NCBI GenBank assembly: GCA_026023565.1
Contig: JAPETS010000003.1
Location: 1,364,001-1,428,000 of the forward strand
Direction of reading: 5' to 3'
DNA length: 64,000 bases
DNA from: Cirrosporium novae-zelandiae
Taxonomy: Eukaryota
The stretch's first letter is position 1, and each line of letters starts with the position of its first letter. Shown piece by piece: positions 41,219-55,168 of the stretch. Below the pieces are notes generated by a model that was given only the letters and a program-made list of their open reading frames with translations, was not told the DNA's origin and did no database searches. A program made the translations under genes and the position numbers.

Positions 41219-41691
41219 GATGAGTGGATGGGTTAATGGATGGATGAATTATCTCTCTCTCAGCTCAGTGATTGTATATGTACCTACGTAACTGTCCACA
41301 ATCTCCCTTTCTCTCTACAAAAAAAGAAAGAAAGAATGAATGAAATGACCTCATGATTACAGGAATTAACCCGTCACGGTACTCCTAGGCTTTAAACATT
41401 ACTCAATACCTCAATCGTAACAAGTGGGTGAGGGGATTGGTTGGTGGCTGTTTTTTATAACAAGTAAGCGAGCTGGTTGGTGGGGTTGTGGTTGTGGTGT
41501 TATGAGTATTATTTATTCTCCTGTGATGGTGATGATGATGGTCCTGAGATATCTGGATTTCTGGAAGGAAGGATGATGGTTAGGGTGGTTGTATGGCCTA
41601 ATAATGTCCTCGTAAGTAAGAAAGAGTTCTCTATCAGAAACGAAAGGAAAAGATTAAGGGGTTATATCTCGTCAGGTGATTGCATAGTCAC

Positions 41692-41723
<32 letters not shown>
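41692..41723. repeat. (ATTG)n microsatellite
   Basis: About 8 tandem ATTG units between the convergent TPA1 and kinase genes. Confidence 0.9.
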
Positions 41724-41724
<1 letters not shown>

Positions 41725-41987
41725 ATTGTATTTATTGGTTTCTAGTATACACAAAAGGGAGGGCAGATTTATAGGCTGCAGCGAAACCAACGAGCGAACG
41801 AACGCTATAACAGACTTGTCCATTTCCATTTCCGTTTCCGTTACCATCGACAAATTTCTGGGTAAAAGCACAAGACCGTAGGACAATTAAAAAAAAGAAA
41901 AAAGAAATGCCACATAGGGCAGGGTATGCACATACACACGAAAGAAATCACACGAAAAGCACAGAGAGCAGGTTTTATTCTAACTCT

Positions 41988-44900
41988 TCACTCAAGGTTG
42001 TGGCTTGGGTCGAATCCTACAGGGACGGTGCGCCCGAGAGCGTGATTGCTGGAAGGAGGAGAGGGTCCGGCCATGGGTCCCATTTGGGTTATCTGCATAT
42101 ACTCTACCTCGGGTTTGAAGGGCATTTCATCTATAGGTCGTGACTTGCTGCTGAGGCCATGCGAAATGTTGACGTTGAAGGTGATGAACTTTCCCTTTCC
42201 CTTGTAAAGCTCGATCTTGTCTCCGGTGTAGATCTTCCCAAACATCAACCCGTCCTTAGTCTCGCTCTCCTTCTCTATTGGTATGCCGTTAATAACGATT
42301 GCCCCATTGTCTTTTCTGGTGCTCGCGTAGGCAAATGCGTCTTCTTGCTCATCCCACTCTGCGTCTCTCTTTCCAGCAATGAGGTTCTCGATTGAAGGTG
42401 ACCAGAAGGTGACCTGTAAGCCGTATCGTGGAACATGAGAATCGTACATGTTGGGCCACTGGTGAGTGTTGAATTGACCGCGACCGAAGGAATTTAGGCG
42501 AGCGTTCAGCTCGAAGGTTGTATTAATGAGGGAGCCAGGCTCCGTGACCAAAGTGCCATATCGTGGTTTAGCATCGTCGATTGCTCTTGCAGCAACAGTT
42601 TTGACGGTAACCTCCCCGTTGTGCTTGCTGATAGCCTTATCTTGAGTGATAGGCTTGACTATAACATCGCTACCCCAGGTGGCACCATCTGCGAGAGTCG
42701 AAAGGCCTAAGTCGATTCTACGAACCTTTGGTACCTTAAATGGCCGGTCCTCGTCTTGATTTGGACGTTTGATGAAGGTTTCCTGGAAATATTGTCAGGT
42801 TAATGTTGACGTACCTAAGGAAGTATCCAGAAAATGCATATTCACTTACCCCAAGATTAGAAATTGCCTTGAAAACAATCTTGGAATTCACCTTCTCCTT
42901 CACCTGTTTCCCTTTGCGTGTAGAAGCCATCTCGAGAGCTTTTAGATTAGGTAGAGTGTCCGAGGGTTGAGCTGGTAACAATGAAGGGGGTTTCGATTGT
43001 GAGTTATAGGTGGGATGCATTGAGGATAAAGAGTTAGGAGAAGTGACCTCCGAAGGTTGATACGCGTGTGTTGATAAAAGGATATCCCGCGAGAAGTTTT
43101 GTTTCGAACTGGCAATATCTAATAAGGAAGGTGTCTCATCCTCGAGAACCTCAGAACTGTGTAGAAGAACATCACCTGAGAGATTTGGATGTTTAGTTGT
43201 GAGCCCTTGGTCACTAGGTTGTTGTTTCTTGCTTTTTGTTGCGCCAAACACTCCCGAGCTCTCTAAAGCAGAATGTTTAATCTCACCAAACAAGCGGTTT
43301 TGTTGTTCTGTTATAGCACTCGAAGGAAATTCACTAAACTGCTCCGCAAAGCTTTGTAGAGACGGATAAATTACGTCAGATTCGGAAGGAACGTCTCGAT
43401 TCTCATCTGCGTCCTGTCGAGTTTCAAAGCTCATTGGTTCAGCATCGGTATCTTCCATTCGGTGATCTATAATAGTAAGTTCCAACTCCCCAAGGTCTGG
43501 CGTTGGCTCTTCCTTGAGGCTTATTTGAGACAGTCCAAGGTCATCATCTCGTCTGATCTCTTCTTGGACGGATTCCAAATCTTGTTCCTTTACTTCATCA
43601 GGGATTTCCATTATATCAGGCACGTGTTTCAGCCAGGGATGAGCAAAGCACTCAGCTTCTGTTGGCCTCCAATCTGGGTTTCGAACAAGCAACCCTTTTA
43701 AGAATTTGATGCCATCATCGGAGAGCGCACATCGTTTGAGGGGAACAACGTCTAGATCGCGTGTCATGATATTACGAAGCATGAGCGCCCCTCCGTTCTC
43801 GCCTCTACCCATATATGGAGCATAGCCAGATAATATGTGATACATTACTGCACCGAATGACCACATGTCTACTGATGAATGGTAAGGAGATGACTTCGGG
43901 GCACTGCTTAAGGTTAATCGTTATTATAGATCGTTAACGTTGAAAGCACTTACTGTTCGCCAAAACGACGTCTTCCTACAGCTTCTCCGTTTGCATATCT
44001 CTGATAATCGGGATATACTTCCGGCGCACAGTACAAAAGTGTTCCGCAGAACGTCTTGAGGAAAGTTCCATCGTCCTCTACAACTTTGGAAAGACCAAAG
44101 TCAGATAACTTCACTACCATGGGATCGATTTCTTTGACGAGTATGTTGTCTGGTTTGATATCACGGTGGGTAATTTTCATCCTATGCAAGTAATCTAACG
44201 CATGGAGTATTTGTCGCGATACAGATTGGCCAACTGACTCAACCATTGGATGTCGAGTATATCTGAGCAAGTCACCGTTTTCTATCATCTCCATGATTAT
44301 ATAGAGATGGTCTTTGGTCTCAGCATGGTCAATATATTCCACTATATGCGGCTACGAGATGTCAGCACGCATGTCCGGCCCACACGATATTGAGTGACTT
44401 ACATGTCTTAACCGTTTCATAATTTGCAGCTCGTTATTAACCTTACTATTGAGAATGCCGTCCTTCATGAATTTTCTTTTCTCAAGCTCTTTCACCGCAT
44501 GTGGTTTCCCATCGATCCTCCGAGAGAGCTTGTAGACGGTTGCAAAGGCCCCGTGGCCTATTTGACATACCACATTGTAGTTGGGTGCCCCACTCCATCG
44601 CATACCGCTGTTCTTATTCCCGGAATTGGAATTGGCAAATTGTCTTGGGTCTGCATCGGGTACTGGCCGAATGATGGGTGCGCGAATCTATATGAACCAG
44701 TCAACATGAACAGTACATAGGAAAGTCAAACGACCTTACATTTCCATTCGGATGCCATCCTCTCCTTACAGCTGCCACTTGTCTTCCGGTTCGAGCAATG
44801 CGGGCCAGATAGTTCTTGACATTTTGCCCATATTCCATTTCAACTCCTTCGCGAGAGGGAATCCTAACGATAAACTTTATTTCGTCTTCAGGTTTAGGAA

Positions 44901-45423
44901 AAATGAGCTGGATAATTGAGCTGTTTGGGAGTGTCGTGCATCCAGGTGACTCTGGAGTAGCGCGTTTGCCTTGCAGTAGTTTGTCATCTACGTAAGTGCC
45001 ATTCGTCGACATGTCTTGCAACATCAATATACCATGAACATTCATGAATATCCGAAAGTGTAGGTTACTCAAGCGCTTTGGTTCACGCTCGACAGTTAGG
45101 ACAATATCACATCGTTCTTGGTTCCGACCAAAGCAAAAACCCTGGGAAGGATCTTTAACTTTAGCGGAAATTCTTAGAGCAATATCTCGCGTTGCACCGT
45201 CGTCATGGCCTTCTACTTCCAGCTGTAATTCCTCATTCTGCAGGATATGTTGAGGAGAGTGTCTGGCTGCCCCTGCTACGGCTTTAAGAGCTGCTGGAGA
45301 TGCAGGATGCAGGATGCAGATCACATCAACTGTATCATCTTCAGTCAAGCCTGAATGATGTCTGCCGAGGCGGCGAGGATCAATAAAAGGTTGGGTCGAA
45401 GGCTGAGTTGCTTCGTCCTCCAT
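41988..45423 (-). CDS. chkB: Rad53/Chk2-type checkpoint kinase (TQ cluster, FHA, kinase, degenerate second FHA)
   Basis: MEDEATQPSTQ, FHA (FGRNQERCD, SNLHFRI, STNGT), GHGAFATV, AVKE, HRDIKPDN, DFG, TFCGTLLYCAPE. Intron 42783-42849 joins the 376-aa ORF in frame to the C-terminal FHA-like part (SFGRG...VPRYG). Four introns. Confidence 0.92.
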
Positions 45424-47454
45424 CTTAATATAAGTGACGCGATTGAGTTTTGGTAAGGAGTTCCTGGAAGAATGAGCCCCGAGTTCAAGGATCCAGCTAA
45501 TATGAATGTACACAGGTAGATGATCACGCAGATCATGAATGGCAGAAAGATCAGTGCCAACACCCTGCTGATATAGAGACTATTGCTATCTAGGATGTGT
45601 GCTAGAGCTATGGTAGGTGGGGGGCTGAGAAATATGGAAGAATGTGGCAAAGATGAAGCTTACTTGTGGGTGAAATGACGTGGTTCGTGTCAGCTAGTAG
45701 TAACTGAACTGTTGGGTCGAGCCAGCGAGACCCCCTCGAGTCCGAGTGATATGCTGCGAGCCCTACCAGATACCGTTTGCCGAATTATAACCCGGTTTAT
45801 TGTTCAAGACACAAATCCTTTTATTTTCAGATCTTAGAGCATGACGGCTAGGACTTTGCCTTTGTAGCATCTAACTACCGTAAACACTTTCGCGAAAGTG
45901 TTGGATAGCAGTTGTGTCCCCAGCAACTCCCTGAGATAGAGACGGATTCAGCTTCAATTAAACCAGCAAAGACACGCTGTTATCGAATAGCATTCCTAGT
46001 GGGGCATAAAGGGTGTGGATTCCGCCAAATGATACGTTTGTTCAGATGGTTTGAAAGATGTATCTTGCTGGCCAAATACGTTGAAAAGCGTTGTCCTATT
46101 TTCCTTCAGGCAGTGACAGTCCGCTGAACAAGGCGCCTGGGTATATATATTCCCCTCTTATATTATCTCAATGTTCAAGAGACCAAGTGTATTCTTAGGT
46201 ACAATAATTGAGGGAAGTTATTTTATGAGTCCACCCCGTGATCTCTAGCTACAATACGATGGGAGGAGAGGCGAAGGATAGGGTTGGAAGGGTTTAAGAA
46301 AGACGGCGGCAGATGAAAATTATATAATAGTCTTTGTCAAATGCAGGTAGGGACGCTATCAGAAGAGACAATTTCTACCTTAGACAGAGTGGGTCAGTTC
46401 AAGGTCATAGGTAACTTTCGCAGCTTCGGACGATCCAAAGCTCCCAGAGACAAGAAAGACTCACTAATTGGAAGAAATCATTTATTCATTAATAGAAATT
46501 CATGAAATTCTGAACGAGTGAGGTCCATCTGCTCTTAGGTCCTTTGGTGGGCCTTTGGTCGAAGGTTGTTGATGTCTAAGGAAAGTTGATGAGAAGGCTA
46601 CAGAGCAAACAGCTTTTTGCAGATCAATTACTTGAAGGGGCTTCGTCCCGGTCCGAGTTGCTGACTCTTTTCGAGGTTCAGCCTTGTTGACCAATCGGTG
46701 GATATTTAGCTCCTTGTTCCTGGAGTAACCATATCCAGATTAGCCTCGGTCCAATAGTTTTGCCAAAAGTCAATGGGGCGACCTAACGACCTAGTATGGT
46801 ATGGTTGGTTCTTGGGTGGAATTCTTCAGGCTACCAGAGTCCATTTTATAACAAAATACCACCGTCATTCATTCTCGAGATAACTATTATGGTGAGAGAG
46901 AGTCCTCCTCCCCCCGTGACTATCAATCACATCACACCTATTCAACATCTATCTAGACATCCATCCATCCATCCATCCATCCATACATCATACATGCCTC
47001 CATTTTCAATTTTTCAAGGGAAAAAATCCAAAAAAAAAAACAATACCGATCACTATTAATGGTCGTCTTACCTATCAATCTCTTTCTTCTTTGTCAAACA
47101 AAGACCCGTCTTACTTTCTTTTTGATAGGATCCATGGAACCATCTGGATCCAAGGAAAGGAAGTAACAGACTGTTGGTTACTACCTATTTTCTCATTCCT
47201 TCCATAGTGGTCAGGCATAATTGCACAAAATCCCATTTTTCGGCTCAAGGCTTTGGCTGTGGGCCGACCGGAAACGGTGTGTCAAAGCTCTATTACCTAT
47301 TCTGCTGTCCAACAAAAGCCACCACCATCACCATTTTCTCATGTCTAAATAAATTCAAACTCTTCATACCCTTTAATGAGTTGACCCTCTTTTCATCTCA
47401 TCTCTCTCTTTGAATTCCAGCTGTTCATCTCATAATACTATAGCTGCTCTCACT

Positions 47455-48144
47455 ATGGCCGACGCCTATACTCCAATCCCCAATTGGCAATTCACACTCT
47501 ACATCATTGTCGCCATTTTCTCCTGCAGTGCAATCGCTGCGCTCCTCATTTGGCAGACCTACCGCTTCATCCTCTATATATTCTGCTGTCCATCCACCAC
47601 CCTAGAACACCAACCATCTGATCTCGACAGCCTCGATACCTTCCGCCAAGCTTATATGGCATACCTCTATCTCCAAGACCACCTCCACTCCATAAACCCC
47701 ATCAACGACCGCAGAAAAGTGAAAAATGACCTGGACAGAGCTTCCACTCTCCTCCACCTTCTTCGAGACATCTTTGTAGAAGGAACCTGCCTCAGCCTCA
47801 CCTTACTATCACCCTCCCAAAAGTCCGACCGTGAAGAATCTTATGACCAATTCCTCGCTCACGGCACCCTCCTCCCCATCCGCTCCTTTACTTTTCAATC
47901 CTACAGATCCGCCATCACCTCTACTATCTTTCAGCTCAACCAGATCATCTTCGATGACGTATTCCGCACGTTACAGATGAGACAAATATCACAATCCGGA
48001 TGGTGGAAGCTGCGGAGCGACAATCTAAATGCTCCAGTTGAGCAACTAACTGAGGATATGATGGAGGTGCAGCCTGTCTGGAGACTCCGGAAGGCTGTGG
48101 ACGTGCAGGAGGATGCATTAATCATGGTTGATTACAAATGTTAG
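47455..48144 (+). CDS. Hypothetical protein with N-terminal transmembrane segment
   Basis: 229-aa ATG ORF with coding-like codon bias and the hydrophobic stretch FTLYIIVAIFSCSAIAALLIW. No family recognised. Confidence 0.6.
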   Translation: MADAYTPIPNWQFTLYIIVAIFSCSAIAALLIWQTYRFILYIFCCPSTTLEHQPSDLDSLDTFRQAYMAYLYLQDHLHSINPINDRRKVKNDLDRASTLLHLLRDIFVEGTCLSLTLLSPSQKSDREESYDQFLAHGTLLPIRSFTFQSYRSAITSTIFQLNQIIFDDVFRTLQMRQISQSGWWKLRSDNLNAPVEQLTEDMMEVQPVWRLRKAVDVQEDALIMVDYKC

Positions 48145-48983
48145 TTTGGAGGTTCAAGGGTCTAAAGTTTATGACATAATCAAATAACTTAGAGGGGTTA
48201 ATTCGTGACGAATCATGACCGTCAATGCTATTTTATGGCACACACCTATGCTCCTAAGTATATGCTATTATTGTGCTTCAACGCGTGTGACTCAGAGGAT
48301 GGGCTGTTAGAATTCCATAATTATTGGCTTTCACGCTTGCTCTTTAACTTCAAACACCGAAGTGGGAGGAGAGAGAGATAATTCGGTGTGGGAGGACCTT
48401 TACTGGTGTGCGCGCTCGTATGGTGGTGTTGTGTCATGTCTTATCCTGCCATATCCTGTTATGCCAGGCGTTTGAAGCGCTACTAGCAACGATATTAAAC
48501 GAATCAAAATGAAATATTAATTCATGTCTAATAAACCCAAAGCCAGCGAAATTTCTTGTTTATTTATTTTTGAAACATTTGCCAAGCAATGTTTTTGTTT
48601 TTTATTTTCCAATTATTTCCATTGAATTATATATATATAATAAAGAAGTGAACTCATAGGTCCAATGGTGGAGCGGACTTGGATCTCCTCCCTCCCCCCC
48701 TCCCCACTTCCCGATACCCGGCTAGCTGTGGATAGTAATGGTATACATCCATCTGAATCTCTAAGAGGAGTCTATCTACCTGCTCTATCCTATTCGGTAT
48801 ATAACGCCTATATTTAAAGAAAGAAGTGCCTTTTCCTTTCTCGGACGTCTTTTTGGACGGGTTCTCTGTTTTCCCTTTTTCCCTTTTTGCCCTTGCTCCC
48901 GTTTGCTTTTAGGAGGGGCCTTTTATTTCTTCTTTTTCATTTTCTCTTTGATATCTTTCGAAGTCAAGAAGGCAAGAGAAAAC

Positions 48984-50461
48984 TTAGTAGAGGTTATATT
49001 CTACACAAGGAGCGACAATCTTCTCGCCCTCGGGAACCGAGTTCGCGGCCTTTATGGCTGGATCGTCTGACAGGACGTCGTCCATCACTTTCTCCAGAAG
49101 TGAGATGGCTTCCTCGGAGATTTCTGTCTAGAGGTTAGAGAATACATCCCTTGAAGTTTTGGGGACAGGAGGCGAGATCCTGATTAGATTTAGATCGGGA
49201 ACTTACGTCGATGCACCACCAGCCTTCCCCCCATAACCTTAATCCCCCAGCGCTTCGCAATTCCGATGAATTGATGCACCGTCACATCTGCGGCCGCTAA
49301 ATCAAACCACACCATATTCGTCTCGGTCGGCTTTCCCAACTTCCCGCCCTTGGCTACCCAAGTCGCTGCTATTCTCTTTGCCTTTTTGTGTGATTCAACG
49401 AGATGGCCGCCCTCGCCATTGGGGCCATTTCCGAAGCCTTCGTCGACGGCTACGCGCGCCGCAGCACTGATTATGCCGGCTTGGCGGATTCCGCCGCCAA
49501 TGGACTTGCGGATCCAGCATGCATGCTTGATGAAAGATTTGCTTCCTACTAGGATGCTGCCAATGGGCGCGCATAAGCCCTTGCTGAAACACAATTGGAC
49601 CGAGTCAAAGCACTGTGCAAAGTCAGTAAGACTGCCTGCGCCGGCGGCCACGACTTCCCAGAGCCGCGCACCGTCTAGATGCATTTTGATGCCGTTGGCG
49701 CGGGCAAATTCGGAAATTCGCCGCGTTTCTTCAAGGGGCATGATGACACCGCCGAGGGTGTTCTCGAGGGAGATGACGCGCGTGGGACAGCTGTGAATGT
49801 CGTCGGAGATGACGACGCTGCGCTTGATGTCTTCGAGCGTAAGATATTTGCCATTGGAAGGGACAACACCCTTGACGAGGGCGGCAGAGAGGGTAGCCAC
49901 GCCGCCGGCCTCCCATTCTAGGATATGGCCACGATAGTCGCATAAGACAGCATGAGGTGGCTGCATTAGGTGCGAGCGGAGAGCAACTTGGTTGCCCATT
50001 GTGCCAGACATCATAAGGAGGGCATCTTCGTGGCCAGTTAGGGAAGCAATATGGGACTGGAGGGAATTAGTGGTTGAGTCTTCTCTATACACATCATCCA
50101 TGAGGGTGGTATGAATGATGGCTTCGAGCATGGAAGCTGTGGGGGTTGTTATCGTGTCGCCTTCACAGAGTTGTTAGATACAATAATTTGACAAGAGTGC
50201 TCAATTGAGAAGGATAGTATATAGGCCCAAGTCGGCGAGGTTGTCTTGAGCGCTAAGCGTAGCTCTAAGCTTCCAGATAGCTTGGCCATCAATTGAAGAT
50301 ATTGAACCACATAGCTCTATAGCGGGACTACTTCTGAAAATGGGAATATCCTTACTTCTAAAATCAAAAGCAGCTGGTCCAGGAGTCTGCCAATTGTTTA
50401 CTTTCCCATTGGTACCGTTGATTCCATTCGCCACCTTTTCTGATGTATCGATTGACCCCAT
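48984..50461 (-). CDS. GLY1: Low-specificity L-threonine aldolase (PLP-dependent)
   Basis: FDFRS|DTITTPT, MDDVYRED, SGTMGNQ, SLENT, HLDGARLW, CFSKGLCAPIGS (PLP Lys), RLVVHRQ|ISEEAI. Two introns. Confidence 0.95.
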
Positions 50462-51561
50462 TGTTGAAGTTGACAAGTTGATTGCAGGGTAGGGGCTCTG
50501 GCCGCACACAAACGTAGTAAAAGGAAGGCTTATTTATAATGGCTCACAGTTCAAATATGAGGCTTCGATTCTTAAGAGGATGGATCCTATACAAAATAAC
50601 TAGAGGTTAGAGATAGCTACTAACGAGCAAGGAGTGAAAGAAGCGTTAGTCCAAAATATATATGAGCATACCGGAAAATAAGAAACAGACTTATGAACAG
50701 AAAAAGTGTAGAAAAGTAAGCAATAGGTAGATAGAAAGAAAGAAGGCTATTAGCATTGTTCGAGGCCCTCAGGCCGCTTAATAAAGGCGTCTTCATGAAG
50801 AGTCATAGTCATCCATTGCTTCAGTTGTGGTGTGTCATACCGGAGCAATCGGAGCGGAGCTTGGAAAGACACTTGATGGCCATGATGGGAAAAGATGGCG
50901 GCTGTTGAGAAAGAATTTTAGCCTTGGTCTTCTTTGAAAGCTTTCATTTGTTACCTTTATCGATAAGGGTTTAGCGTTGCTTCAAAATAAGACACCAACA
51001 TACTACAATTCTCTAATTATATAAGCCTCTCCACCTGGAAGCGGTTGCAAGTGGCTCGGGACCCTATTAAAGTAACCAAACCAAGGGGCAAGGTGGATAA
51101 TCCAAGGATTTCAGAGATATGAAGTCTTTGAAGGACGGTGAAGACCTTGACTCAACTACAATACCCCAGTATAGTACAATATACTAACTATGAACTAGTC
51201 TACCACTTACGCAGCGAACACATCTGTCTTATTTGTAAGTGCGCGTTTAAGTTAGTCAACAAACATGCATGTTCATTTCATTTGGAAGCGCGTCAGTTGG
51301 CGTCAATGGCGTCAACTGTTAGCTGTTAACCGTTAACCGTTAATCTCACCACGTGGTCACTAAGCCAAGAAGGGACTCCCTGGAAACCTCCGAAGGGACC
51401 CCACGGACCTCTTCCCAAATTAGGATTAGATGAACAAGCAATCCTGGCTGATTCTTCGGACTTTTGCTCGGACTTGACCAAACACCATCTCAATTTCTTA
51501 TTTTCAATTGTCTAACAGCACCTCAACGTCTTGTTAGCTCCATCTATTCATTTCCTACAAG

Positions 51562-54500
51562 ATGGACGAGCCTAATGTCTACCACATCGCTGGAAGTTTA
51601 CCAAATTTCTCTCCCACAGCCCAAGATGGTCAGATGACATTGCTCTGTCCCAAAGATGGAACTTTTCTTGGCCGTTATGTAAACCGTTGGGAAAAGGTCT
51701 CCAACTCTTACTTTAGACCATTAACTCCCGAAAGAAGCAGAAAAGATTTGGGCTTGAATGCGTCTAAGCAAATTGTCGGTGCTGCTGAACACTCTCAGTT
51801 GGCTGGCTGGTAAGTCAAGCCCCATCACCTCCGATTCCTCTGACGGTAATTATATTTATACCGATATATTCCATATCTGTATATACTGGGATATATTGTT
51901 GTCACTGCCTCCATTATTTTCTTGCCAAGTTTCAATCCTCGAATTTCTTTAGCTGTTGACTGTAAGACACTTGCTGGTAATAATAATTATTAACACTTCA
52001 AAATGTGCTTCTAATTCTGCCCCTGTCTACATTTCTTCCTGTTGACTTCATGGAAACCTAATATCTTATGTGAACTTCCAGTATGATATTAAATGTTAAC
52101 TAACGCCTATTTTAGCAAAATACAAGAACTGTCTTGCAAGAAGTGCAACTTGTCGCTGGGAGTCAAGTGCATTGGAGCTCCTGACATTAAGCACCATTAC
52201 AAGTAAGCCCAACACCGTGTCTCTTTCATTTCTTCAATATAGATATTTATATTCTCATCTTCTTTATCTAACATTGGTTCCTGTTGCCTACCTTTATCAA
52301 CGAAGCTCGCAATTTTTGACCATCTACAAAAGAGACCTGCTAAGACTTGTCTAGGGGTTGCCGATTTCTCAAACTATATAAGATTGAATGTAAAGGTACA
52401 AAAGGAGGCCAGCCTGTCGAACCAATCATCGAGCAGGACTCCTTTGCAAACCTCGCACCAAAAGGGAGAGGGTCTTCTAATTTAGATAACCTAGGCAATA
52501 CCTCCCATGCCCAGCCAAGCCTATTTCAAAGGCCTGGTGTTCCTATTAGAAATGAGGATGTCGTGGAAGTGGAACGTCAGAGCTCCGGGCAGCTTCAGGA
52601 CAAAACGACTCCCACAGAGCCTCCGTCCTCAAATTCGTCCGTGGTTTCGGCAATAATTGATACTCAAAATAAAAAGATCACCAGAATATCCGATGCTATG
52701 GACAGGCTTCAGGCCGAAATGAATATCGTTCAGAATTCACTTAGAGATCTCCAAAACGAAGTACTGGAACAGAAAGTGCAACATGATCATAATAGAGGCG
52801 ACAGTGGTATAGAAAAACGCCTTGACCTGCTTACGGGAGTGGTTAATAGATTGGCTAAGAATATCAACGATATCGCACCAATCAAAAGAAGAGTCAACAC
52901 TCTAGAGACATCCCACTTAGCTCTATTATCAACCCCAGATCGAGAGTTTCCTCCAATACAGCAGCCGCACAGGACCCGTACTTTTGGTGAGCAACAGATC
53001 GCCGATAGACTTTTTGGGACTCCAGTGGGCAGTGAGCCCTCGACTATTCTGCGACCCCGAGCCAATTCATTCGCTCGTAGCCATCAAAGTACGGTCAAGC
53101 CTTCGAGTAATTTTCTTGATCTATCATCCAGCTTCTCCAACTCTCAGACGGAACACCAATCCCTATACCCACCAAGAATCTTGCCTCAAACTAGCAATGA
53201 TGCTATATTGCAACGCTCTAGGCAATTATACGATTCGTCCTCATTCCAGGTCCAGGAAGGTTCTACACAAGCAACCCCTCTTCAGATTAGCGATAGTTCC
53301 GTTTTTCGATTATCCCATATCAACCAGGGCTCTCATGAGAACCATGAAAACTTCGCTCGTGATCAGATGACAAATAAAGAAAACAGACATGACCAATTGT
53401 CGCGAAGTGGTCTTGATGCCTCGTCAGCTCGAGATCGACACCAGTTAATCCGTAATTCACATGCAGGATGCTTCTTGGACTATTTGAATGGAGAATCGAA
53501 TAGCCGCAACGGTGCTATGGTTACTGAGTCTCATCAATTAGTACCTGTCACTACTAATACATTACGCTCGAACTCAAGTCACAATGGAGACATTCCGACA
53601 TCAGTAGCAGAAACCGTGATAGAAAATGAGAGCGCATGTCCTTCGATAGAAAGGAAAAACCTCTCTGCACCCCCTGTTTCGGATGATCAGCGGATAGAGA
53701 ACAGTTCTGCTGACAAGCTTATTCCAACCATTGAAAGATCCCCGCAACATAAACCAAGTATGATAGCGTCAATTGCGAATCAAAAATCATTGACTCTCCA
53801 AAGCTTGACTAATCTCTATTCTGAGCTGAACGGCAATGGAAAGCGGGAAAATCCAACCTTTTCGTCGACCCCAGAAGTGGATATCCCTGCACAACAAGGT
53901 CTGGATCAGTATTACGATCTAAAGGGTTCTCATCCGGAACTTTCAGAACATACCGATGATCCTCGTGGAAGTGGATCTTATATCTCAAGTGAGGGAGAGC
54001 ATAGACACCAACCCACGAGAGAAAATGTCAGCCCAAAAGATAATGGTAGGAATCATAGCCGATCAAAGCGTATCAGGCTACATGGTCCTACTGATGCTTC
54101 CAATGGGACACCGCAAAACGGAAGTAACGAAAACGAAACCCATACCTCAGACATGGACAAAAGCCTACAAAAAGAGGAATCACTAGGAGAAACGACAGCT
54201 CCGATACCAACTCAACGAATCCCTATCCGAGATAGCGAAGCACAACCCTCAGGTAGAGGTAGAAGGTCCACCCTCTCATCAACAGATAGACCATCGATTA
54301 GTATACCAGCCAGGAGGAAATCCGGGCGATCTGCATCAATGGGACCAACACCACACCGAAACATCGCCACCGGTGCAGCCCCAAGCAAGAAACCCAGCAC
54401 CTCCCGCCGCGGAAAAGCAAAATCCTTACACAAAGCAGTCACTGAGCAGGGATCTCCATCCTCTACTAGACCTGATGAGCAGCTCCTCGCAGATCTCGCA

Positions 54501-54659
54501 AATATTGCAACTCTGTTGCCTCAAGGTAAAAACACATTAGGTGATGATTCTGCAACAAAAGAAGGAAAGTCGTCATTGAATGGACAGGCGCGGAGCAATC
54601 AAACCCCCAGACGTGTAGGCCGACCCCCCAAAAAACGTCTCAGGCAGTCTTATGGGTGA
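51562..54659 (+). CDS. Mis18/Yippee-like Zn-binding domain, coiled coil, long disordered region and C-terminal AT-hook
   Basis: Introns 51809-52116 and 52203-52354 give LLCPKDGTFLGRYVNRW...SQLAGCKIQELSCKKCNLSLGVKCIGAP...KGCRFLKL, then the 770-aa ORF with a heptad region and RRVGRPPKK. Confidence 0.7.
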
Positions 54660-55143
54660 AGAAAGAGGCGGATGCTAATTAAGCCGTACTTGTACGAAAC
54701 AAATCAACTATAGCTGCATTTGATCACCAAGGCCTCGAAGGTAGATTAGAGGACGGATCGGCGTCTTAAAAGCTTCCACACTAACCAGACGAAACACTAA
54801 TTTGTGGAATACTGAGTTTGTATATCGGTATTGTCATTTGATTCGAGTACAAGGGCAGAAAGAAAAAGGGATAAAATGCAGATTGATGGTCGAGAATGAT
54901 GGAAGAAAAGTCTTGGGAGAGGTAATGGACAAAGCGATGGTAGAGGCATAATTCTGAGTGGTCCTAGGAAAAGAGGTCAATATTAAATAACTATGTATTC
55001 AATAGTGACACGTTAACAATACATCAAGGGGAAGAAAAAAAGTACCTTAGTATATATAATAATTGATAGATTTTATGACATTTGCCACTAAGGTGTTGGT
55101 GGGAACTGTGGTACATGTGTGGGTCAAGGATCGGGGATAAGGG

Positions 55144-55168
55144 TTAGTAACCACCGACTATGACGTCA
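55144..55168. promoter_or_regulatory. Adjacent Yap1-type (TTAGTAA) and CRE/Atf1-type (TGACGTCA) sites upstream of pirin
   Basis: TTAGTAA at 55144-55150 and TGACGTCA at 55161-55168, about 290 bp upstream of the ATG. Confidence 0.5.

Noticed and set aside
51953..51961. Possible 9-nt poison microexon (TTTAG|CTGTTGACT|GTAAGA) in the long Mis18-like intron
   Set aside because: No convincing upstream branch point. It cannot be supported without junction reads.
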